This document shows positions 28,631 to 35,275 of a DNA stretch of 56,773 bases, one piece after another. Position 1 is the stretch's first letter. Each line of letters opens with the position of its first letter. The DNA comes from Chitinophagales bacterium (lineage in GTDB: Bacteria > Bacteroidota > Bacteroidia > Chitinophagales > JADIYW01). The translations under genes were made by a program, and so were the position numbers. Location of the stretch: contig JBIKPT010000002.1 of assembly GCA_044357355.1 (NCBI GenBank), forward strand, positions 1 through 56,773, written 5' to 3'. The notes under the pieces were generated by a model that made no database searches, was not told where the DNA came from, and saw only the letters and a program-made list of their open reading frames with translations.

Positions 28631-28657
28631 TACATTTGACACTTCTTGACAAGTCAA
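28631..28657 (+). promoter_or_regulatory. Candidate promoter -7 element and operator of the XRE gene
   Basis: TACATTTG (28631-28638) fits the Bacteroidota TAnnTTTG -7 motif. TTGAC at 28636-28640 is repeated in the palindrome TTGAC-aa-GTCAA at 28646-28657. Confidence 0.35.
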
Positions 28658-28953
28658 AATACAGAAACGTGAGTTACCTAGGACAGAAAATTAGAGAAAC
28701 GAGAGAGAAGCAAAATCTGCTACTCAGACAAGTTGCTGCTCATATTGAAGTTGACACTGCATTAATGAGTAAGGCTGAAAGAGGTGAAAGGAATTTGAAT
28801 AGAGACCAAGTTGTAAAGCTTGCCAAATTCTTTAACTCATCAGAGGAAGAGTTTATTTCTCTATGGCTTTGCGACAAAGTAATTGAAGCGGTTGACAATG
28901 ACCCTTTGGCGACTCAAGGAATAAAAAAAGCGTTAACCAAAATCAAGAATTAA
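28636..28953 (+). CDS. XRE-family helix-turn-helix transcriptional regulator
   Basis: LGQKIRETREKQNLLLRQVAAHIEVDTALMSKAERGERN is a Cro/C1-type HTH. The TTG at 28636 or, more likely, the in-frame GTG at 28669 is the start. Confidence 0.8.
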   Translation: MTLLDKSKYRNVSYLGQKIRETREKQNLLLRQVAAHIEVDTALMSKAERGERNLNRDQVVKLAKFFNSSEEEFISLWLCDKVIEAVDNDPLATQGIKKALTKIKN

Positions 28954-28958
28954 TTTAG

Positions 28959-30935
28959 ATGCAAATCATTCATAAAATAGACAACTTTCTTTACACGATA
29001 TTTCCATCGGTTATTCAGGGCGACCAGCAATCATTGCTCAATGCTATTCAAGAATTTTATACTTACGGACCTTACAAGCCTAAAGTAACAATAGACAATG
29101 ACTTTGTCAGTATTGAGATTGACACACCCACAATTTTAGCTCAAGATTTAGACTACCAAAATGTTATTGCATTTTGTGAGAAAGGTAAATATGCTGATGC
29201 TAAACCTATTCTTAAAAAACTAATCGAGAAGAATCCTGCTATTTCGGAATATCACCGAATTATGGGACAAATACTTTCAGACGAAGGCGACCAAGAAGAA
29301 GCAATCAATTGCTTAATTGATGCATTACGTTGGGACTCAAAAAATGGATGGGCATTGCTTATGATGGGAAACATTTTTGCTAAGTTCAAAGATGATGTTC
29401 CAACTGCTATGAAATATTATGACCAAGCACTAATTGCAAATCCAAAGGACAATATTACCATAAACAACATTGGTGCAAACCTTATGCAACAAGGCAAATT
29501 GGAAGAAGCTAAAAAATATTTTTATGAAGCTCTAAAGATTAACGACAAATATGCAAACACTCATTTTGCATTAGGAATGATTGCTGAAATGGAAGCAGAC
29601 TTGCAGTCTGCTTTTTACAGCACCATTCAAGCTATTAAACTGAATAAGAGTAAGGATGTGTTATATCAGAACTCTGTAAGACAAGCTTTCGAGATTTCAA
29701 AAAAAATAATTGCAACTGATACTGGCAAAAAAATATTCAGGGAATACAGACATAAACTTGAATTTGATGGTGACAGAAAAATTGACATAATTCAAGATGA
29801 AGAAATACCAACGGCAGCAAAATTTGAGTTTGCCGAAAACTATGAAAGAGAAACTCACATTGTAAAATACAAACCAAGTTACCCAGCGGTTGAACATTTG
29901 ATTATGCATGAATTAGTGCATTTAGATTTTGTTATTGAAGCAAGAAAAGGTGCGTTAAACCAATTATTTATTTCTACTCAGAATCATAAAACAGAATTCA
30001 TAAAAGGACTTGAACCGACAATCAAGAAATTCAACAAAATGGGAATTTCTGAAAAGTCAATTGCGGATTATTGTTCGAATCTATTTGAAGGCATGAACCG
30101 TCAAATATTCAATACTCCAATTGACTTGTTTATTGAGAATTTCCTTTATAATGAATTTGCAGAACTCAGACCTTTTCAATTTATCTCTCTTTACAATATG
30201 TTACAAGAAGGCCTGAAGGCTGTAACAGATAAAAAGATTGTTGAACTCTCTCCTAAAGACATAATTTCAAAAAGCAAGGTTTACAATATTGTAAATGCAA
30301 TTCAGTTCAAAGAATTATTTGGTTTTGACTTTATCAAAGACTTCAATGCTACTCCATCAGAAATGAAACTTGCTACAGATTTTTATGACGAGTATCTTCA
30401 ATACAAAGATGATAAAGAACCTGCTGAAGAATATGAATTGGTTTTACATTGGGCTGAAGACTTAAAGGTTGACAAGAACTTTGAACTTGTTAATGAACAA
30501 GAGTATAGAACCAAAAGAACAGATATTGACAACCTTTTATCTTCAATAGAAAAAGATCCTTATGATTTAGAGTCCAAAGACCCATACAAACAGAGGGAAA
30601 TGGACAAATTTCAAAAATCGCAAGAGCAAATAGGTATAAACATGGCGACAGCCATGTTTATGGTTGATGCCTTGCAGTTTTTTGAAGGTAAACCAAAAGA
30701 GGAAATTAAAAAGATTGCTTTTGAAATAGCAACACAAGGAACTCAAGGCTATAGACCAGACAAAGATAATTATCGAATTAACTCTATTAAAGACAAGACT
30801 TTTTCAGGCTACCATATTTTAGCTTATTACTACGTTAGTTGGTCATTAGCAATTCCCGAAATGGTATCTCAATTAAACTTGCCTTATGAAGCAGAATATA
30901 AAATGGCATTGACAATGCATAAACCGAATAAGTAA
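28959..30935 (+). CDS. TPR-repeat protein with HExxH (HELVH) metallopeptidase-like motif
   Basis: 658 aa. TPR-like repeats span ~aa 62-230 (..GKYADAKPILKKLIEKNP.., ..AMKYYDQALIANP.., ..AKKYFYEALKIN..). H317-E318-L-V-H321 lies at nt 29907-29921, with Glu346 25 residues downstream. Confidence 0.65.
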   Translation: MQIIHKIDNFLYTIFPSVIQGDQQSLLNAIQEFYTYGPYKPKVTIDNDFVSIEIDTPTILAQDLDYQNVIAFCEKGKYADAKPILKKLIEKNPAISEYHRIMGQILSDEGDQEEAINCLIDALRWDSKNGWALLMMGNIFAKFKDDVPTAMKYYDQALIANPKDNITINNIGANLMQQGKLEEAKKYFYEALKINDKYANTHFALGMIAEMEADLQSAFYSTIQAIKLNKSKDVLYQNSVRQAFEISKKIIATDTGKKIFREYRHKLEFDGDRKIDIIQDEEIPTAAKFEFAENYERETHIVKYKPSYPAVEHLIMHELVHLDFVIEARKGALNQLFISTQNHKTEFIKGLEPTIKKFNKMGISEKSIADYCSNLFEGMNRQIFNTPIDLFIENFLYNEFAELRPFQFISLYNMLQEGLKAVTDKKIVELSPKDIISKSKVYNIVNAIQFKELFGFDFIKDFNATPSEMKLATDFYDEYLQYKDDKEPAEEYELVLHWAEDLKVDKNFELVNEQEYRTKRTDIDNLLSSIEKDPYDLESKDPYKQREMDKFQKSQEQIGINMATAMFMVDALQFFEGKPKEEIKKIAFEIATQGTQGYRPDKDNYRINSIKDKTFSGYHILAYYYVSWSLAIPEMVSQLNLPYEAEYKMALTMHKPNK

Positions 30936-31264
30936 TGAAAGAAAGCGAAGAAATAATAGAAGCACTTTTGAAATTCAGAAATGAAAGAGATTGGGAACAA
31001 TTCCACAATCCAAAAGATTTGGCATTAGCTATAAGCATTGAATCTGCTGAGCTTTTAGAATTATTTCTTTGGAAGAAAGCAGAGGATGCAAATACTGAAA
31101 AAGTAAAAGAGGAACTTGCTGACATTTTTTCATTTGCGTTTTTGCTAGCTGATAAATATGGATTCGATGTTAAAGAAATTGTCTTGGACAAAATCAAAAC
31201 GAATGGAGAGAAATATCCTGTAGACAAAGCAAAAGGAACATCAAAAAAGTACGATGAACTATAA
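30935..31264 (+). CDS. MazG-like nucleoside triphosphate pyrophosphohydrolase
   Basis: 109 aa. RDWEQFHNPKDLALAISIESAELLELFLWK and VKEELADIFSFAFLLA form the EExxE...ExxD metal-binding pattern of all-alpha NTP-PPases. TAATG start/stop overlap with the upstream gene. Confidence 0.8.
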   Translation: MKESEEIIEALLKFRNERDWEQFHNPKDLALAISIESAELLELFLWKKAEDANTEKVKEELADIFSFAFLLADKYGFDVKEIVLDKIKTNGEKYPVDKAKGTSKKYDEL

Positions 31265-33461
31265 CCAAGATTTTGAAATAAATAAAATTGCGTTCAATAA
31301 TAATGGATTGAATTCTATTCAATCACAATATTTTGTAAGCGAAAATTGGCCTGTCGTATATATTTTAAATAACAATGGTGTAAGTCAAGCCTATGTTGGT
31401 GAAACTATTGATACTAATTCTCGAATTTTCACACATTTGCAAACACCAAGCAAAAGTCATTTACAAGAAGCTCACTTAATTTCAAGCAGAAAATTCAACA
31501 AATCGGTGACTTTAGATATTGAATCCAATTTAATAAAATATTTACATGCTGATGGCAAATACAAATTATTAAATGGCAATTTAGGATTGGTAAATCACTC
31601 TTATTATCAAAGAGATGAGTTCTATTGGGACATGTTTAAAAATATTTGGAATGGTCTTATAAGTAACGGACTTGCCCAGCATAGTTTAGAACATATCTCA
31701 AATAGCGACTTGTTTAAGTATTCACCTTATAAGACCTTATCTGCCGACCAAAGAAAGAATTTGATGTTAATAATTGACGCACTTCTATCTGAAAATAAAA
31801 AATCAATATTGGTAGAAGGAGGCGCAGGCACAGGTAAAACCATACTTGCTATTTTTCTTTTTAAGTTAATGTTAACTTCTGATGAGGATTTTAATTATAG
31901 AGAATTCGGTGAAGACGAAAAAGAATTTGTAGATAAGGTAAAACAATTAAAGATAAAGTTTCCCAATCCTAAAATGGGTTTGGTGATAGCAATGGGTTCT
32001 TTTCGAAAAACTATTAAAAAAGTTTTTCGAAACATTAATGGCTTAAATTCTAATCTTGTTATTGGCCCTTCAGATTTGGAATATGAATCATATGATATTC
32101 TTTTTGTGGATGAATCTCATCGTTTGAGAAAAAGAGTTAATCTTGGCCCGTACTTCGCAATTTATGACAGGGTTTGTAATGCCCTAAAACTAGACAAACT
32201 AAACACTTCAGAATTAGCTTGGACTCAATTAAGGTCAAATAAAGTATTATATTTTTACGATGCTAAACAGTCTATAAAACCTTCTGATGTTGATGCTGTT
32301 GATTTTGAACACTTAAAAAATGCGTCTAACTCTATAAATGTAAAATTACATTCACAGTTCAGAGTAAAAGGAGGCAATGGATTTGTTGATTTTGTAAATA
32401 ATTTATTAGACAATAGTTTTAAGAATAAAGTATTCAAATACAACGACACCAATTATGACTTGCTTCTATTTGAGAATTTTTCTGATTTCGTTAATGAACT
32501 TAGAGAAAAGAACGAAAAACATCAACTTTCAAGATTCATAGCTGGTTATGCCTGGCCATGGATAAGTCAGAATGATCCTAATGCATATGATATTGAAATA
32601 GAAGATATAAAACTAAAATGGAATTCAACTGCAATTGATTACATCAATTCTGATATTGATGCACAAGAAGTAGGTTGTATTCATACCACTCAAGGTTACG
32701 ACCTCAATTATGCGGGAATAATTTTTGGTCCAGAAATTATATACAATCCAATATCAAAAGAAATTGAGATAGTAAAGGAAAATTATAAAGATAGAAATGG
32801 TACTGCAACAATAAGAGATAACGCAGTTCTTAAAGACTACGTAATAAATATTTATAAAACTATTATGCTCAGAGGCATACTAGGTTGCTATATTTATGTG
32901 TGTGACGAAAATTTGCGAAATTATTTTAAAAAGCATATCTATTTATTTAAGGAAAACAAGAATCCAATTGTTGAGATTGCTGAGTCAAAAGAAATTCAGT
33001 TGATTCCATTTGAAAATAGTGTTCCGCTATATTCCTTAAAAGTTGCTGCAGGTGAATTTAAGTTTAATGACAGTATCCCTGAAGAAAAATTCATTGCAGT
33101 TCCTGATGGCGTAAAAATTACACAAGACCATTTTGCGTGTAAAATAATTGGTAACTCTATGAACAAAATAGTACAAGATGGTCAAATAGCTTTGTTTAAA
33201 AGGTATACTGGTGGCAGTAGAAATGGCTTAATGGTCATTGCTGAATATTACGACCATCAAGATTTAGATTATGGTTCTTGTTATACATTCAAGGAGTATT
33301 ACAGTCAGAAAACTATTAACGAGGAAAGTTGGCAACATGAAAGAATAATTCTGAAACCAAAGTCATTTGATGCTTCATATCAAGATATAGTGATAGACCC
33401 GAATGCAATAAATGAAAAGACCTTTAATGTAATAGGAATATTTGACAGAGTAATTGAATAA
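31254..33461 (+). CDS. Three-domain fusion: GIY-YIG nuclease + P-loop SF1/DUF2075-type helicase + C-terminal LexA-like S24 peptidase domain
   Basis: GIY-YIG: VVY36IL..AY47VGET..R57..H61..E90..N92. Walker A: GGAGTGKT, aa 189-196 (nt 31818-31841). Walker B: ILFVDESH, aa 282-289. Helicase C-terminal motif: IHTTQGYDLNYAGIIFG. S24: PLYSLKVAA|GEF (A599/G600, nt 33048-33053), GNS635M (nt 33150-33161), TFK680EY. Confidence 0.8.
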   Translation: MNYNQDFEINKIAFNNNGLNSIQSQYFVSENWPVVYILNNNGVSQAYVGETIDTNSRIFTHLQTPSKSHLQEAHLISSRKFNKSVTLDIESNLIKYLHADGKYKLLNGNLGLVNHSYYQRDEFYWDMFKNIWNGLISNGLAQHSLEHISNSDLFKYSPYKTLSADQRKNLMLIIDALLSENKKSILVEGGAGTGKTILAIFLFKLMLTSDEDFNYREFGEDEKEFVDKVKQLKIKFPNPKMGLVIAMGSFRKTIKKVFRNINGLNSNLVIGPSDLEYESYDILFVDESHRLRKRVNLGPYFAIYDRVCNALKLDKLNTSELAWTQLRSNKVLYFYDAKQSIKPSDVDAVDFEHLKNASNSINVKLHSQFRVKGGNGFVDFVNNLLDNSFKNKVFKYNDTNYDLLLFENFSDFVNELREKNEKHQLSRFIAGYAWPWISQNDPNAYDIEIEDIKLKWNSTAIDYINSDIDAQEVGCIHTTQGYDLNYAGIIFGPEIIYNPISKEIEIVKENYKDRNGTATIRDNAVLKDYVINIYKTIMLRGILGCYIYVCDENLRNYFKKHIYLFKENKNPIVEIAESKEIQLIPFENSVPLYSLKVAAGEFKFNDSIPEEKFIAVPDGVKITQDHFACKIIGNSMNKIVQDGQIALFKRYTGGSRNGLMVIAEYYDHQDLDYGSCYTFKEYYSQKTINEESWQHERIILKPKSFDASYQDIVIDPNAINEKTFNVIGIFDRVIE

Positions 33462-33486
33462 TAAATAATTCAGCCCATGCAGCAGT

Positions 33487-33780
33487 CACACACATTTGCA
33501 AGCCTCACAAGCCAACACACAAGCCAAAGCTTGCAAAAGAGTGTGCCTGCCCAACCGCACAGACACCGTGACACAGTGGACAAACAAACCACGACAGAAA
33601 GAAGGGCAGCTTGTAACAGCACCTACCCAAAAGGCGGGGTTTCGTGTTCCAAAGACAGTTTTGTGGTTAATCAATCATTAGTTTTTCAAATCAAGTTTTG
33701 TGGTAAAAGTCCCGCCCTTCGGGTAGCTGCAAACCGTTAAAAATAAAAAAAGAGCAACTGACGCTGCTCTTGGGTTTTTC
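33487..33780 (+). ncRNA. Candidate structured RNA / structured 3' UTR downstream of the cassette
   Basis: C/A-rich and G-poor on the + strand. Hairpin CACACA-TTTGCAAGC...GCTTGCAAA-aga-GTGTG at 33487-33545. CTGCCC/GGGCAG helix at ~33547/33603. Long helix GCA.CTACCC....GGCGGG (33619-33638) pairs with CCCGCC....GGGTAG.TGC (33711-30). That helix encloses the direct repeat AGTTTTGTGGT at 33657 and 33694. The element ends in a terminator hairpin. Confidence 0.35.
33750..33780 (+). terminator. Rho-independent-type terminator
   Basis: AAGAGCA-actgacgc-TGCTCTT followed by gggTTTTTc, with an A-tract upstream. Confidence 0.55.
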
Positions 33781-33892
33781 TGTTTCTAGTGGGAGTTTTT
33801 GTTTCTAGACTTCAGGGTAGGTTTTGGGTTTCTTTTCTTTGGGTTGTTTTTATGTTTCTACACTTCAGGGTTGGGTTTCTATGTTTCCAGCC
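33776..33892. repeat. Imperfect tandem repeats carrying TGTTTCTA motifs
   Basis: Two ~48-bp units: gtttttgtttctagacttcagggtaggttttgggtttct.. and gtttttatgtttctacacttcagggttgggtttct... TGTTTCTA/TGTTTCC occurs at about 33781, 33800, 33853 and 33882. Confidence 0.6.
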
Positions 33893-34086
33893 TTTCGCTG
33901 TTTGATAATGTAAAGATGCAGCAAAACCCGTTCAAAATAAATTAAGGATAAACACCATATGTGACATGCTTATTTTCAGGCATTAAAATAGCTAGCATTA
34001 TCTTAATTTGATAAATCCTGAAATACAATACACAATAAGCTCAACTTTATTTGCAGAATACTGTTTATGCTGTTATACTTTACAGC

Positions 34087-34542
34087 ATGAAGCCATTAGA
34101 ATCACTTATTCAGCAACTGGAAAATCAAATTTCTAATGCTTCAATATCCAATCTGTCCGTATCGCATTCTTCTGTCGGATGGCAAATAGAACACAGTTTA
34201 TTAACCATCAAACTCATCACGGAACAACTGAAAAAATCAGATACAGGTCAATACAAATGGACATTCAATATTGGCAGAATGCTGATTTTAACCATGCAAA
34301 AAATTCCCAGAGGCAAAGCAAATGCGCCAAAAATTGTAGTACCCAAAGAAGACATTACTTCAGAAAGTCTGAAAGAAACGATACGACAAACCAGAGAAAG
34401 TATACAGGTATTAAATACCTTACAAAAGAATCACTATTTCGAGCATCCGTATTTTGGAAAATTAAATGTGCAACAAACGATGCGTTTTCTGCATACACAC
34501 ACGAAGCATCATCTGGCTATCATTCACGATATTCTGAAATGA
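34087..34542 (+). CDS. DinB-superfamily (DUF1569-like) protein
   Basis: ATG at 34087. Four-helix-bundle-like sequence with the C-terminal FLHTHTKHHLAIIHDI His cluster. Confidence 0.6.
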   Translation: MKPLESLIQQLENQISNASISNLSVSHSSVGWQIEHSLLTIKLITEQLKKSDTGQYKWTFNIGRMLILTMQKIPRGKANAPKIVVPKEDITSESLKETIRQTRESIQVLNTLQKNHYFEHPYFGKLNVQQTMRFLHTHTKHHLAIIHDILK

Positions 34543-34609
34543 AAACCGTTCTTTACATAAAGCAACGTTATCTTTATCTTGAAGTAATTTCTTTTAACTA
34601 ATTTTACTT

Positions 34610-35275
34610 ATGTATTCTCCGGTAACCTATTTCATTGGCGGCATCGCATCGGATGAACGCATTTTTAAACACCAAATGGTAGCAATAGAGAATGCGGTGT
34701 ATCTGCCGTTTCCGAGGCACGATAAGCAAGATACAATGGATACCTACGTTAAAAAGTTTATTCCGTTAATAGATACTACAAAGCCTTTTAATATGGTAGG
34801 CAATTCCATGGGCGGCATCATGGTGATGGAACTCATTAAACACATACATCCGCAAAAAGTAGTGTTGATTTCATCCGTAAAAAGCAGGAAAGAAATGCCA
34901 TTTATCTTAACGCATTTGAAATACACCAATGCACATAAATTGCTGCCCGGCAAAGGCTTCATTGGTTTTATTCAGTTTGGAAGTTTGTTTAAAAACGAAA
35001 TTTTAAAAGTACCCGGAATGCGTAGGCTTGCGGTGAGTATGGCAAAAAATAACGATCCGGGTTTTTTGTACTGGTGTGTGAATGCCATTGTAAAATGGAA
35101 AGGCAAAGAAGATTACCGAAAAGATATCATTCATATCCACGGAACAAAAGATGAAATGTTTCCATACAGAAATATTAAAAATGCCATTGCTGTAAAAGGC
35201 GGTGCACATTCCATGCTCCTTATTCAGCATGAGGAAGTCAACAGTTTGCTGGCAGAAAGCCTGCAATTAAATTAA
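34610..35275 (+). CDS. Alpha/beta-fold hydrolase
   Basis: Nucleophile elbow VGNSMGG. C-terminal HGTKD...GAH fits the Asp/His of the triad. Confidence 0.65.
   Translation: MYSPVTYFIGGIASDERIFKHQMVAIENAVYLPFPRHDKQDTMDTYVKKFIPLIDTTKPFNMVGNSMGGIMVMELIKHIHPQKVVLISSVKSRKEMPFILTHLKYTNAHKLLPGKGFIGFIQFGSLFKNEILKVPGMRRLAVSMAKNNDPGFLYWCVNAIVKWKGKEDYRKDIIHIHGTKDEMFPYRNIKNAIAVKGGAHSMLLIQHEEVNSLLAESLQLN

Noticed and set aside
28541-33545. Integron gene cassette with attC sites
   Set aside because: The flanking hairpins lack a recognisable GTTRRRY / RYYYAAC core pair. Neither an intI integrase nor an attI site is present. The cassette also carries four genes with its own regulator.
33477-33740. Overlapping 61-87-aa ORFs on both strands in the region downstream of the cassette
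   Set aside because: The sequences are not protein-like (for example QSHTFASLTSQHTSQSLQKS). The ORFs overlap each other in several frames, and the region is better explained by its nested helices and terminator.
33776-33892. Possible CRISPR array
   Set aside because: There are only two long imperfect units plus short motif copies. There is no regular repeat-spacer periodicity and no cas genes in the window.
34179-34601. 140-aa ORF overlapping the DinB-family gene in another frame
   Set aside because: It sits on the same strand in an alternative frame of a CDS with a recognisable DinB-type His cluster. Its composition is Arg/Gln/Thr-rich and non-protein-like.
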